Source: Hyphomicrobiales bacterium
GTDB lineage: Bacteria; Pseudomonadota; Alphaproteobacteria; Rhizobiales; OSC116
DNA length: 64,000 nt
Assembly: GCA_013214705.1 (NCBI GenBank)
Contig: JABSRZ010000006.1
Coordinates: 66,530 to 130,529 of the forward strand
Direction: 5' to 3'
Below the pieces are notes generated by a model, which was not told the origin of the DNA, ran no database searches, and was given only the letters and a program-made list of their open reading frames with translations. This document shows positions 27,315-37,034 of this stretch, one piece after another. The translations under genes were made by a program, and so were the position numbers. The first letter of the stretch is position 1; every line of letters starts with the position of its first letter.

Positions 27315-27749
27315 TCACTCATCCAGCTGGTATTTGGCTTTCATCACATCGGGGCGATAAAATACCCCATATTGCAAGCTGTTGGCAATCTGATGGGCTT
27401 TTTTCATAATGTGCGGCACAGATGTGGCCGGGCAGCAGGCTTTTATGCTCTTCTCGAACGTTATAAGCCAGTGTAAAAAATCACTTTGTTGCAACCCGGT
27501 TAATTTGGTATGTGCGGGCATCGGGCGGCCGTTAAAACGGTTGGTTTTTAACAATATTGCCGACCAAAAATTACACATTTTGTCTAGATGCTCGTCCCAA
27601 GTTGCGTCCATTTGTTTATGAAAATACGGGCCTAAAATCTCATCATCATGCACCACATTGTAAAAATGGGTCACAAATTTTTTTATCATCGCTTCATCTA
27701 TGCCCATAGTGGCAAAGTCTTGTGCGCTCGGGTCGGTTGCTGAGGTCAT
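27315..27749 (-). CDS. Group III truncated hemoglobin-like globin
   Basis: 144 aa with the pattern FY..V..D..L.P.F.......W..H..K...FW......T.RF.GRPM..H, typical of truncated (2-on-2) globins of group III. Confidence 0.7.
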   Translation of the reverse strand: MTSATDPSAQDFATMGIDEAMIKKFVTHFYNVVHDDEILGPYFHKQMDATWDEHLDKMCNFWSAILLKTNRFNGRPMPAHTKLTGLQQSDFLHWLITFEKSIKACCPATSVPHIMKKAHQIANSLQYGVFYRPDVMKAKYQLDE

Positions 27750-27761
27750 GTTATGCCTTAT

Positions 27762-28622
27762 TTAACGCAAAATTATGGTGCGGTTGCCATCTATAATCAC
27801 CCGGTGTTCGGCATGTTGCTTAATGGCGGTGGACAATACCCGGCGTTCTATATCGCGGCCAATGGCAATAAGCTCGTCAGGCACCATCGCGTGGGTGACA
27901 TGTTCTATGTCTTGGCCAATAATGGGGCCTTCATCTAAATCTTTGGTGACATAATGGGCGGTGGCGCCAATTATTTTGACCCCACGCTCATAAGCTTGAT
28001 GATAGGGCTTAGCGCCCTTGAAACTGGGCAAAAACGAATGATGGATATTGATGATGCGGCCAGAATATTCGGCGCTGATTTTATCGGATAATATCTGCAT
28101 ATAGCGCGCCAGAATGATCAGGTCAGCTTGGTCAGCCTCTATCACTTTGCGCAAGGCGATTTCTTGCTCATCTTTGGTCTGTTTGGTTATCGGCAAATGA
28201 TGAAATGGCAGATTGTGGAAATCGGCTATGCGCTTGGCCTGTATATGGTTGGAGACGATGGAAGTTATCTCGATGTTTAAATTGTTCATGTAGCATCGGT
28301 GCAAAATATCTTGCAGGCAATGATCGAATTTAGACACCATCAACACAGTTTTTAACGGCTTATCGGCATCGTAAAAAGTGAATTCTAACTTATATTGGTT
28401 GGCAATGTTGGCGAATTTATCGGCCAAATTTTGGCTGATATTTACGATGTCTGCTGCCAAATTAACCGCTTCGATGCGCATAAAAAATTGCTGGCTATTG
28501 GCATCGTTAAATTGTGTGCTTTCGATGATATTTAAGTTATGGTCGCATAAAAACCGCGTGACATCGGCCACAATGCCCATTTTATCTTGGCATTTAATGT
28601 TTAATATTATTTTTTGGGTCAT
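27762..28622 (-). CDS. purU: Formyltetrahydrofolate deformylase
   Basis: 286 aa with an N-terminal ACT domain and a formyltransferase core (INIHHSFLPSFKGAKPYHQAYERGVKIIGATAHYVT.DLDEGPII). Confidence 0.92.
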   Translation of the reverse strand: MTQKIILNIKCQDKMGIVADVTRFLCDHNLNIIESTQFNDANSQQFFMRIEAVNLAADIVNISQNLADKFANIANQYKLEFTFYDADKPLKTVLMVSKFDHCLQDILHRCYMNNLNIEITSIVSNHIQAKRIADFHNLPFHHLPITKQTKDEQEIALRKVIEADQADLIILARYMQILSDKISAEYSGRIINIHHSFLPSFKGAKPYHQAYERGVKIIGATAHYVTKDLDEGPIIGQDIEHVTHAMVPDELIAIGRDIERRVLSTAIKQHAEHRVIIDGNRTIILR

Positions 28623-28652
28623 GTTGTTTTTCGCGTCATGTCGTTTTTTAGG

Positions 28653-29567
28653 CTAAGGTTTTAAGCAGCTGGCTAAATTATCGGCCATATTGTTCAGTAA
28701 TATATGGAATGAATTGGGTTTTAATTCAAGCTCAAACCCTAGCAGGTCCCAAGTTCCGATGCGCATATTTGGCCGGCTATTGGAAATTATTTTGGCATAT
28801 TTGGTGCTAAATTGCGGTTCTAGCATCAGGCAATTGACATCTTTTTGTTGTGCAATGGCAATCAGGTCTTTAATTCTCTTGGCCGATAATTGGTGGTTTA
28901 GCGTCGGGGTGATGGCCAAAGAGCGGTTGAGGTTAAAGCGGTTTGTCAGATAGCCATAAGCGTCATGATAACTAAAAAAATCTAAACCTTGCAGCGGTTG
29001 TAATTTTTTATGCAGACTTAGGTCTAACTTTTTAAGATGGATGGCTTGTTGTTTGGCATTATACTGATATTTTTCGCGGTTTTTTGGGTCCAATTTCGAT
29101 AATAATAAGGCAATATTATCGGATATTTTTATGGCATTTAGCGGCGATAACCAAATATGCAGGTCAAAATTATTGTTGCTATGGCCATGGCCATTGGTCT
29201 CGTGCCCCGTCAGGTGGGTTTCATTGGGCAATAAGGCAATTTCTTTGAGCTGGGCGACCGAAATAACCTCGGCAGTTCGGTTATTATTGGCTATTATTTT
29301 GGTGAGCCGCGGCTGAAATTTAGCATCGATTCTAAAAATAATATCAGCCGATTTTATTTTTTGAATGTCCGATGGTTTGGGTTGATAATCATGTGGTGAT
29401 AACGCGTCTGCAACCAGTAAATTATGGGTATTAATGCCTTGGTTTACCCCTTCGACCAAATAATATAGTGGCCGTATGGAGGTTAATATATTGACCTCGG
29501 CCAAAGTTAGGCTGGGCATTAAACTGCCGAAAATTACAAATATTAATGGCGCTAATTTTAAGGACAT
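28653..29567 (-). CDS. znuA: Zinc ABC transporter substrate-binding protein
   Basis: Cluster-9 binding protein with a signal peptide from the ATG at 29567 (MSLKLAPLIFVIF...) and a His-rich loop HLTGHETNGHGHSNNNFDLH. It is divergent from zur-znuCB across a Zur box. The ORF track also offers a TTG at 29597. Confidence 0.88.
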   Translation of the reverse strand: MSLKLAPLIFVIFGSLMPSLTLAEVNILTSIRPLYYLVEGVNQGINTHNLLVADALSPHDYQPKPSDIQKIKSADIIFRIDAKFQPRLTKIIANNNRTAEVISVAQLKEIALLPNETHLTGHETNGHGHSNNNFDLHIWLSPLNAIKISDNIALLLSKLDPKNREKYQYNAKQQAIHLKKLDLSLHKKLQPLQGLDFFSYHDAYGYLTNRFNLNRSLAITPTLNHQLSAKRIKDLIAIAQQKDVNCLMLEPQFSTKYAKIISNSRPNMRIGTWDLLGFELELKPNSFHILLNNMADNLASCLKP

Positions 29568-29623
29568 AATGGTGTTTCTGCTGTGGTTTATGGCCAAATT
29601 TTAAAAGGCTTGGCTTGCTAAGT

Positions 29624-29651
29624 CAACTGTTATGTTATAATATAACAGTTG
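29624..29651. promoter_or_regulatory. Zur box (palindrome) in the znuA / zur-znuCB divergent promoter region
   Basis: CAACTGTTAT-GTTATAAT-ATAACAGTTG has perfect 10-bp arms. Its core ATGTTATAATAT resembles Zur operators of the ATGTTATAACAT type. Confidence 0.75.
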
Positions 29652-29660
29652 GAGGTTCGA

Positions 29661-30188
29661 ATGGATAGTCACAACCACAATCAATGCATTACAAAATGCC
29701 TGCAAGACGCCCATCATATTGCAGTTCAGGCTGGCAAAAAGCTAACCCCACAGCGTTTGCAAGTGTTGCAAATTTTGCTGAATGACCACCGGGCGGTGGG
29801 CGCTTATGATATTTTGGCCATTATGCAACGAAAACCACTTGAAGACCGCACCAAACCTCAGCCGCCTACGGTATATAGAGCGCTGGAATTTCTGCTTGAG
29901 CTGGGACTCATTCATAAAGTCGAAAGCCAAAATAGCTACTATGCCTGCACCATCGACAAGCCGGAAAATCGCCAGCATGTGGCACAGGCATTTATTTGCA
30001 ACCTTTGCGGCATTGTCGAAGAAAAAGCCGCGTTAGCGGGCGCACAAGGTCTATATAAAAAAGCCGATGGGTTTGGGTTTAAAATCGACCGGGTGATTAT
30101 GGAATGCCGCGGCACATGCGCGGTTTGTCAAACAGAGCAGAGGCAAACCGGGCAGAGGGCAAACACAGCAACGGGCGTGAATATATGA
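29661..30188 (+). CDS. zur: Zinc uptake regulator, Fur family
   Basis: The ATG at 29661 sits 5 nt after GGAGG. It has Fur-family DNA-binding and metal-site patterns (CxxC pairs CNLCG and CAVC). Its stop overlaps the znuC ATG (ATGA at 30185-30188). Confidence 0.85.
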   Translation: MDSHNHNQCITKCLQDAHHIAVQAGKKLTPQRLQVLQILLNDHRAVGAYDILAIMQRKPLEDRTKPQPPTVYRALEFLLELGLIHKVESQNSYYACTIDKPENRQHVAQAFICNLCGIVEEKAALAGAQGLYKKADGFGFKIDRVIMECRGTCAVCQTEQRQTGQRANTATGVNI

Positions 30189-30946
30189 GTGAGAGTTTAA
30201 TTAAAGCCACAGCAGCAGATTTAAAACTAGGTGCCAGACAAGTGCTTAGAAATATAGATTTTGACATTAAAGCTGGCGAAATTGCCATTTTTATCGGCCC
30301 TAATGGCGGCGGCAAAACCTCGCTGATAAAAATGCTATTGGGTTTGTTTCGGCCGCATAAAGGCAGCGTTTGGCGCAAGCCCAAGCTTAAAATATCTTAT
30401 GTACCACAAAAATTCGAGTTAAATAGTTTTTTGCCGTTAAAAGTCGAGCGGTTGCTTAACTTTACCAAAACTTATCGCCACGCCGAATTGCATGCAGCGC
30501 TAGAGGAGGTAGATTGTGGGCATTTGCTAACTGCCCGAGTCGGTAGCTTATCTGGCGGCGAATTGCAGCGCATCTTATTGGCGCGCGCCATGTTATCTAA
30601 GCCCGATATATTGGTGTTAGATGAAGCGTTGCAAGGTGTTGACCTCGCCGGCGAGGTGAAGTTAAACAATTTAATTAGCCAATTTTCAAAAACCAACAAC
30701 ACCGCCATTATTATGGTGTCGCACGATTTGCATTTGGTGATGAAATCGACCGATGTGGTTTATTGTATTCACGGCCATATTTGCTGCCATGGCAAGCCAG
30801 AACAAATAAAACATATGGATGAATTTAAAAATATTTTCGGCTCACTTGCCGACCAATTTGCGGTTTATACCCACGAGCATGACCATACTCATACCGCAAG
30901 CCACACTCATGTTGAACATGATCAAAATGGCGACCACACGCATTAA
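30185..30946 (+). CDS. znuC: Zinc ABC transporter ATP-binding protein
   Basis: Walker A GPNGGGKTS, LSGGELQR, Walker B ILVLDEALQGVD and an HICCHG segment, ending in a His-rich C-terminal tail (HEHDHTHTASHTHVEHDQNGDHTH). It is collinear with E. coli ZnuC, including its His-rich end. Confidence 0.9.
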   Translation: MSESLIKATAADLKLGARQVLRNIDFDIKAGEIAIFIGPNGGGKTSLIKMLLGLFRPHKGSVWRKPKLKISYVPQKFELNSFLPLKVERLLNFTKTYRHAELHAALEEVDCGHLLTARVGSLSGGELQRILLARAMLSKPDILVLDEALQGVDLAGEVKLNNLISQFSKTNNTAIIMVSHDLHLVMKSTDVVYCIHGHICCHGKPEQIKHMDEFKNIFGSLADQFAVYTHEHDHTHTASHTHVEHDQNGDHTH

Positions 30947-30953
30947 TTAGGGC

Positions 30954-31769
30954 TTGAATATGTTAGAATTTTTAGATGATTTTTATGTAAGAGCCATGGT
31001 GGCGGGCCTACTGGTGGCATTTGTTGCGGGGCCATTTGGTTGCTTGTTGGCGTGGCGGCGGATGGCATTTATGGGCGAAACCATTGCCCATTCGTCTTTA
31101 TTAGGTGTGGTTTTGGGCATTATATTGGGCATCGCGCCACAATATTCGATTATCATATTAGCTCTAGTTATGGCGGTTGTCTTGTTTCTGCTCGACCAAT
31201 CTAAAGGCTTGGCGCGGGATGTATCGCTTAATGTGGTGGCGCATGGCTCGTTGGGGGTTGGCTTGTTTATTGTCAGCCTAATGCCCGATGTGAATATAGA
31301 TTTGGAGGCCTATTTATTTGGCAGCCTATTTGCCATAGATGATTTGGATTTACTGATTATATTTGCTGGGGGTGGCGGCATATTGCTGATATTGTTATAT
31401 TATTGGCGAAGCCTAGTGGCGCTAACCATCTCGCCAGATTTGGCACGGGCAGAAAATTTAGTAAAACCAGATTCAGAGTTTATATTCACGCTTTTGGTGG
31501 CGGTTTTGGTGGCGATAACCATGAAAATAACAGGTTTATTATTGGTTTCGGCGATATTGATAATACCCGCAGCTGCGGCGCGGTTTATTGCCAACAGCCC
31601 CGAAAAAATGGCGGTCTATGCGTCACTTATTGGCATGATATCGGTTGCTTTGGGGCTTTATATATCGCTGATAAATGATGTGGCCGGCAATGCGGCAATT
31701 ATTGTGGTGGCTATAGGTTTGTTTATTTTGAGCTTTTTGGCTTCCAAATTTATATTAAGCAATCGTTAA
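30954..31769 (+). CDS. znuB: Zinc ABC transporter permease
   Basis: 271 aa with 8 or more TM helices of the ABC-3 family. The start is either the TTG at 30954 or the ATG at 30960. Confidence 0.88.
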   Translation: MNMLEFLDDFYVRAMVAGLLVAFVAGPFGCLLAWRRMAFMGETIAHSSLLGVVLGIILGIAPQYSIIILALVMAVVLFLLDQSKGLARDVSLNVVAHGSLGVGLFIVSLMPDVNIDLEAYLFGSLFAIDDLDLLIIFAGGGGILLILLYYWRSLVALTISPDLARAENLVKPDSEFIFTLLVAVLVAITMKITGLLLVSAILIIPAAAARFIANSPEKMAVYASLIGMISVALGLYISLINDVAGNAAIIVVAIGLFILSFLASKFILSNR

Positions 31770-31836
31770 GTTTTATAGTGAATATCTAGTTAATTTATAT
31801 TATGCTGAACCCATTAGTTTTGAGTGGGACGATGAT

Positions 31837-32463
31837 ATGAGCATAATTTTCAAATTAATATTCAGCTTGATATTAGCACTGACAATGGCGCTCGGCGTTG
31901 TGCCTCAGGTGTTGGCCGCAGGTAATAGTATCAATGTCCACCAAGTGCTGCTCCAATTGGCACATAGCACACCCAAAGTTAAAATTCAAAAAGTTGCCGC
32001 AAAGCCAATTGTCTATAACCCGACAAAAACTTGGGTGAATATAGACGCTAAATATGCCATTGGCACGCTAATCATTAAAACCTCTGAACGCAAATTATAT
32101 TATGTAATATCTAAAGGCCGCGCCTTAAGATATGGCATAGCCGTCGGCAAAAGTGCTGGTCGGCAATGGAAGGGCAAATCTTTCATCAGTTTAAAACGTC
32201 CTAACCCGACATGGTCACCTACCGCAAAAACCCGCCTCGCTAACCCCAAACTTGCCAAGTCTTACCGGCCGGGGCCACGTAACCCATTGGGTGTGCGGGC
32301 GTTGAATTTGGCCAATACGCCTTTGTTGCGCATCCATGGCACAAATAACCCAAGTTCAATCGGCAAAGCCGTATCGCTTGGCTGTTATCGGATGTTAAAT
32401 GCCGATGTCATCGACCTGTATGACCGGGTGTCGGTGGGCACAAAAGTGTTGATACAATCGTAA
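31837..32463 (+). CDS. L,D-transpeptidase (YkuD domain)
   Basis: Signal peptide plus the catalytic motif LRIHGTNNPSSIGKAVSLGCYRM (H-G-T ... S-x-G-C-x-R). Confidence 0.88.
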   Translation: MSIIFKLIFSLILALTMALGVVPQVLAAGNSINVHQVLLQLAHSTPKVKIQKVAAKPIVYNPTKTWVNIDAKYAIGTLIIKTSERKLYYVISKGRALRYGIAVGKSAGRQWKGKSFISLKRPNPTWSPTAKTRLANPKLAKSYRPGPRNPLGVRALNLANTPLLRIHGTNNPSSIGKAVSLGCYRMLNADVIDLYDRVSVGTKVLIQS

Positions 32464-32472
32464 AACCAAACA

Positions 32473-33180
32473 TTATATATTTATAAATTCATCTAGTTTT
32501 GGCGGTAATTTGCCGTCTAAAATATTATGTTGTTGTAAAATTTGGCCATTCACCACCAAGCTAACGCTATCGGCAAATGCCAACATTTCGGTCGGGTTGT
32601 GCGAGACGATAAGCACGGTCAGCCGATATTTTTTGGCAATGTCGGCAATTAAATTGCGCATATCTAACCTTGTTTCGGGGTCTAACGCCGAAAACGGCTC
32701 GTCTAACAACAATATCGGCCGGGGGTTTAGCTCATCTCGTGCCCGTGCCAACGCCCGCGCCAAAGCCACACGTTGGGCTTCGCCGCCCGAAAGCTGTTTT
32801 GGCAAACGGTTGGCTTTGCCCCTTAAGCCGACATTGTCTATCGACATTTCTACCAAATTAAGTTGGGCCTTGGTGAGTTTTAAGCCGGGGTTTAAACCCA
32901 AGGCAATGTTTTTAAACACGGTTAAATGCGCAAATAAATTATGCTCTTGAAATAAAGAGGTGATCGGTCGTTGATGAGGATCTTGGCCAGAAATGACCTG
33001 TTCATCCCAACTGATAGTGCCGTTATTTAGCGGCTCAAACCCGGCGATAAAATTAAGCAAGGTGGATTTACCTTCGCCAGATTTACCAACAATGGCGTGT
33101 ATCTGATTTGCGGCAAAGCTGACGTTAAAATGAAACTCAAAATCGCCAATTTTGGCTTTTGCAGTCTTAAGCTTTAGCAT
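32473..33180 (-). CDS. thiQ: Thiamine ABC transporter ATP-binding protein
   Basis: 235 aa, short and lacking a C-terminal regulatory domain. It is collinear with E. coli ThiQ (MLKL..., RPITSLFQEHNLFAHLTV.KNIALGLNPGLKL). Confidence 0.85.
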   Translation of the reverse strand: MLKLKTAKAKIGDFEFHFNVSFAANQIHAIVGKSGEGKSTLLNFIAGFEPLNNGTISWDEQVISGQDPHQRPITSLFQEHNLFAHLTVFKNIALGLNPGLKLTKAQLNLVEMSIDNVGLRGKANRLPKQLSGGEAQRVALARALARARDELNPRPILLLDEPFSALDPETRLDMRNLIADIAKKYRLTVLIVSHNPTEMLAFADSVSLVVNGQILQQHNILDGKLPPKLDEFINI

Positions 33181-34831
33181 GTCGGCCTCCTATAATTCGG
33201 TCGATTAACGTATAGAGGCCAAATGCCAAGATAACCAATATACAAGCGATAACCGCGCCATCGGCGCTGCGATAATCGCCGATAGATTGGTAGAGCAGCA
33301 TTGGCAGGGTTATGGTTTGGTCATTGCCAAATAGCGCGATCACGCCAAAATCGCCAAAGCTTATTGTGGCGGCAAGCGCCACGCTATGCGCCAAAGGTTT
33401 GCGCAAAGTTGGCCAGTCTATAATGCGCCAACGGTCGAGGCGGCTAATGCCCAAAGCGCGGCTTAATTTACTATGTTGTTTTGCCATATTCTCGATGGCT
33501 GGGCTAAGCGTCTTGAGCATATACGGCAAAGCCATCAGGGCGTTGATGACCAAAATTATGTGCAAGCCATATTCGAATATATTAAAATAGGGGCGCAATA
33601 GTAAAAACAAACCCATGCCAAATACCAATGACGGCACAATGAGGATGACATTGCCGACCGAAGAAAATAAATGATAGCCTATATTGCTAATTTTATGATC
33701 GGCCAAAGCGCGTTTGGACAATAATAATGACAAGGCTAAAAATGTCGCAAAGCCTGCGGCGCATAATGATAATATCAGGCTGTTGTTAACCGCCCGCCAC
33801 AATATAACCCGGCCAAAAACCGAAAAATCAGTTTGCGCCAAAGCGTTGTAAAAAACTGAACTGAGCGGCAATATGAGGGCAATGATAATGATGAATATCA
33901 CCAATGTATCAGCTATATAACTAGTTTTACCATGCGGTTTAGGGCGGGCATTGCCTAGGCCAATGCTATGCAGCAAATTAATTTGGGTCGAAAATCGATG
34001 CAGAAATAGGCTGAATAACAGGCAGAAACTAAGCTGCAATATAGCTAGGGATGCGCCTTTGGCCAAATCAAAATCGAACTTTAAACTTTGGTAAATTGCC
34101 ACTTCTAAGGTGGTGGCGCTTGGCCCGCCGCCTAAGGTTAAAACGGTGGCGAAACTTGTGAAATGCAAAATGAATAATAAAGAAGCCAAGCTGGGCAAGG
34201 ATAAGCGCATTATCGGCCATTCTATCTGCTTAAAAATTTGCCATTCACTCAAACCCAATTGCTTAGACAGGCGCCAATATTCGGCAGGTATATTGTCTAA
34301 TTCGGATAAAAATATGCGGGCGCTAAACGGCATGTTGATGAAAATATGTGCCAATAATATGCCGGTTAACCCATATAAATAAGTGACGCGCTCAAACCCA
34401 AACAAGCTATAAAAATCGTTAAAAATGCCCTGCCTGCCATGCACGGCAATGATGCCAAATACGCTGACCATAGTCGGCATGATGAAGGCCAATATGAATA
34501 GTTTGAGCAAATAGCTTTTGCCCCAAAATTGCCGCCGGTATAAAAATCGCGCCACCGGTATGGCGATGAGAATGGCGACAAAGGTCGAAAGCCCGGCTTG
34601 TAAAAAACTAAAATAGGTGATGTGACGAATGTAATCATCGGCAATTATTTGGCCAAATATATTAAAAAACCCGGCCACATTGGCCGATGAATGGCCAAGC
34701 AAAGCCACAAATACCAACACAGCCAGACCGATGATGAAGGCCAATATGAGATAGCCCATATAGGCCAATTTCAAGGCTTTTATGGGGTTAAAGGCTTTTA
34801 GCGGGTTGGATATGTGGTTTGATGTTGGCAT
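33167..34831 (-). CDS. thiP: Thiamine ABC transporter permease (duplicated 6+6 TM)
   Basis: 554 aa, collinear with E. coli ThiP (FSF.QA.LS..., HGRQG, GILLAH.F.N.PF..R, FASFATVL.LGGGP.ATT.E.AIYQ). Confidence 0.85.
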   Translation of the reverse strand: MPTSNHISNPLKAFNPIKALKLAYMGYLILAFIIGLAVLVFVALLGHSSANVAGFFNIFGQIIADDYIRHITYFSFLQAGLSTFVAILIAIPVARFLYRRQFWGKSYLLKLFILAFIMPTMVSVFGIIAVHGRQGIFNDFYSLFGFERVTYLYGLTGILLAHIFINMPFSARIFLSELDNIPAEYWRLSKQLGLSEWQIFKQIEWPIMRLSLPSLASLLFILHFTSFATVLTLGGGPSATTLEVAIYQSLKFDFDLAKGASLAILQLSFCLLFSLFLHRFSTQINLLHSIGLGNARPKPHGKTSYIADTLVIFIIIIALILPLSSVFYNALAQTDFSVFGRVILWRAVNNSLILSLCAAGFATFLALSLLLSKRALADHKISNIGYHLFSSVGNVILIVPSLVFGMGLFLLLRPYFNIFEYGLHIILVINALMALPYMLKTLSPAIENMAKQHSKLSRALGISRLDRWRIIDWPTLRKPLAHSVALAATISFGDFGVIALFGNDQTITLPMLLYQSIGDYRSADGAVIACILVILAFGLYTLIDRIIGGRHAKA

Positions 34832-34834
34832 GGA

Positions 34835-35401
34835 TTATTCATTTGTCGGAATTGGCAAGGTGGCAGCCTGAAATTGTTTGACAAAATTATCGTAATTTTC
34901 GCCGGGTAATATTGGCCCAATTTGTTTAAACCGTATCAGCCCATTTTGGTCGATGATAAAAGTTTCGGGTAAAGCACGCACGCCAAAATCTATGCCAACC
35001 CGGCCGTTTTTATTGGTGCCAACCGCGTCATATACATTGCCATATTTGGACAAAAATTCCAACGCATTGCCATCATCATCTTTATGGTTGACGCCGTATA
35101 TCTTAATGCCACGCTGGCGTAATTTGTCTAGCTCGGCATGCTCGGCGCGGCAGGCCACACACCAAGATGCCCAAAAATTTACCACCTTCACATCGCCTTG
35201 AATGCCGCTGTTAAAATCGGCGCTGCTAAAGTTAGGTAGGTCACCCAACGCCGCTAACTCAAATTGCGGTATAGGTTTTTGCAACAAAACCGAAGGAATA
35301 TATGAAGGGTCTTCGCCATTTAGCCGGTATAAGAATGTTGCGGCCAGACCAACAAAAATAATGATTGGAATGAGGCGTAAAAATTTGAATTTTTGTTTCA
35401 C
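34835..35401 (-). CDS. ccmG: Thiol:disulfide oxidoreductase for cytochrome c maturation (DsbE/CcmG)
   Basis: 188 aa with an N-terminal membrane anchor, a thioredoxin motif WASWCVAC and a GVxxxPETF motif (GVRALPETF). The GTG start overlaps the ccmD stop. Confidence 0.88.
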   Translation of the reverse strand: MKQKFKFLRLIPIIIFVGLAATFLYRLNGEDPSYIPSVLLQKPIPQFELAALGDLPNFSSADFNSGIQGDVKVVNFWASWCVACRAEHAELDKLRQRGIKIYGVNHKDDDGNALEFLSKYGNVYDAVGTNKNGRVGIDFGVRALPETFIIDQNGLIRFKQIGPILPGENYDNFVKQFQAATLPIPTNE

Positions 35402-35559
35402 TTATTAATGGCCTTATTGGCTTGTAACCGCCTTAACCGCGCGCGCTGTTTTTGACTGTTTATTAAAATATAACCGGTTAGACCCAGCACCCCAATGGTA
35501 ACCAGTGTATAAACGGCAGTTACATAATGTGTAAATTCTGTAAGGCTTAAAAATTCCAT
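35398..35559 (-). CDS. ccmD: Heme exporter protein D
   Basis: 53 aa (MEFLSLTEFTHYVTAVYTLVTIGVLGLTGYILINSQKQRARLRRL...), a single TM helix followed by a basic tail. Its ATG overlaps the ccmC TAA by 1 nt. This is only the 3' part of the 137-aa ORF in the track. Confidence 0.75.
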   Translation of the reverse strand: MEFLSLTEFTHYVTAVYTLVTIGVLGLTGYILINSQKQRARLRRLQANKAINK

Positions 35560-36329
35560 TAATCTGGCTCTTGGTTGTTGATGGCAGCGCGGGTTGAAAG
35601 GTTGGTTTGGGCAATATTTTGTTGCAATATACGCATCTCCATCGCCCGCGCGCGGCGGCGGTTTATCTCGGTTCTGATGCTGATAAACAACAGGCTTGTG
35701 AACAAAAATGTAAACGCCGCGAACATGATTAGCAGGGCGGTTAGCATGCTGGGGTGGATGGCCGAGCCGCTGGTGGTGAGGCTGGCAGGTTGGTGCAAAG
35801 TGTTCCACCATTCGACCGAAAACTTGATAATCGGAATGTTAATTAAACCAACAGCCGCGACAATGGTGGCCACACGCGCGGCTTTGACTTGGTCTTCTAT
35901 CACCTGCCAAATGGCGATATAGCCCAGATACATAATGAATAATATAAATACCGAGGTTAGCCTCGCGTCCCATACCCACCAAGTGCCCCACGCTGGTTTG
36001 CCCCACAACATGCCGGTTATAATGGTTAGCAACGCAAAGGTTGCGCCAATGGGGGCGGCGTTTTTGGCCGCCATATCGGCTAAAGGGTGGCGCCAAATAT
36101 AACCAGTAAAATTAGCCAATGCCATAAATACATAGGCCGCTTGCGCCAAATATGCTGACGGCGCATGCACGTATAAAATGCGGCTTAACGGGCCTTGTAA
36201 ATAATCTTCCGGCGCGGTGAACACCATATAAAGCCCCCAGCCAAATAAGCCAAGGGTGGTGATGATGAGGTAAGGCAATAAGATGCCCGAAAACCGCATG
36301 AATTTTGTTGGATTGGCTAGCCCGAACAT
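35559..36329 (-). CDS. ccmC: Heme exporter / heme lyase component CcmC
   Basis: 256 aa with the WGxxWxWD tryptophan-rich motif (WGTWWVWDARL) and conserved His residues. Confidence 0.92.
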   Translation of the reverse strand: MFGLANPTKFMRFSGILLPYLIITTLGLFGWGLYMVFTAPEDYLQGPLSRILYVHAPSAYLAQAAYVFMALANFTGYIWRHPLADMAAKNAAPIGATFALLTIITGMLWGKPAWGTWWVWDARLTSVFILFIMYLGYIAIWQVIEDQVKAARVATIVAAVGLINIPIIKFSVEWWNTLHQPASLTTSGSAIHPSMLTALLIMFAAFTFLFTSLLFISIRTEINRRRARAMEMRILQQNIAQTNLSTRAAINNQEPD

Positions 36330-36368
36330 ATGTGTCTCTTTTTAGTTTGCAAGTTAAGCCCCTGAATA

Positions 36369-37034
36369 TTAAGCATTGGCTTTTAGCGCCTGAGCGGCAG
36401 CAAAAGGCGCGATGATGAGTGAAATTAAACTGATGGCGGTTAAAATAAGCAGAGCCGTATAGGGTTGGTCTAGCTGAAAAGTAAGGTCAGTTGTGGCGCT
36501 AACCCCAAATATCAGTGTTGGTATGTATAGCGGCAATATGAGCAATGAAATAATCTGGTTGGCGCGGCGGATGCTGACCAATATAGAAGCGCCAATGGTG
36601 GCCAAAGCGCACAGGCCAAGTGAGCCAATAAACATGCATAAAACCAGCGGCCATAACCCACCAGCCGGCAAGTTAAGCAACAAGCCCAATAGCGGGGTGA
36701 TGACCAGCAACGGCAGGGCTATACTCACCCAATGGGCTAATAATTTCACCAAGATAACCATTTCTGGCAACGGGCCTGCGGTCAGCAATAGGGTCAGGCT
36801 GCCATCTTCCAAATCATCGGCAAATATCCGCTCGGCCGAAAGCAGGATGGCCAGCAACAGCACCACCCATAACACCCCGATGGATATGCGGGCGAGCAAA
36901 TTTAGCTCAGGCCCAACCCCAAATGGGAATAAAATAACCACAACCAAATAAAACCCAATGGCTTGGCCAGCGCCGCCGCCACTTCTGAAAAATAGGCTGA
37001 TGTCGCGTTTGAATAAAGCCAATAGAGGTTTCAT
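36369..37034 (-). CDS. ccmB: Heme exporter permease CcmB
   Basis: 221 aa with 6 TM helices and the FKRD...R N-terminus typical of CcmB. It overlaps ccmA by 4 nt. Confidence 0.9.
   Translation of the reverse strand: MKPLLALFKRDISLFFRSGGGAGQAIGFYLVVVILFPFGVGPELNLLARISIGVLWVVLLLAILLSAERIFADDLEDGSLTLLLTAGPLPEMVILVKLLAHWVSIALPLLVITPLLGLLLNLPAGGLWPLVLCMFIGSLGLCALATIGASILVSIRRANQIISLLILPLYIPTLIFGVSATTDLTFQLDQPYTALLILTAISLISLIIAPFAAAQALKANA

Noticed and set aside
35398-35811. 137-aa ORF overlapping ccmC.
   Set aside because: Only the last 53 codons (from the ATG at 35559) form a credible CcmD, with a single TM helix and a basic tail. The upstream part overlaps ccmC out of frame and is Pro/His/Arg-rich nonsense.
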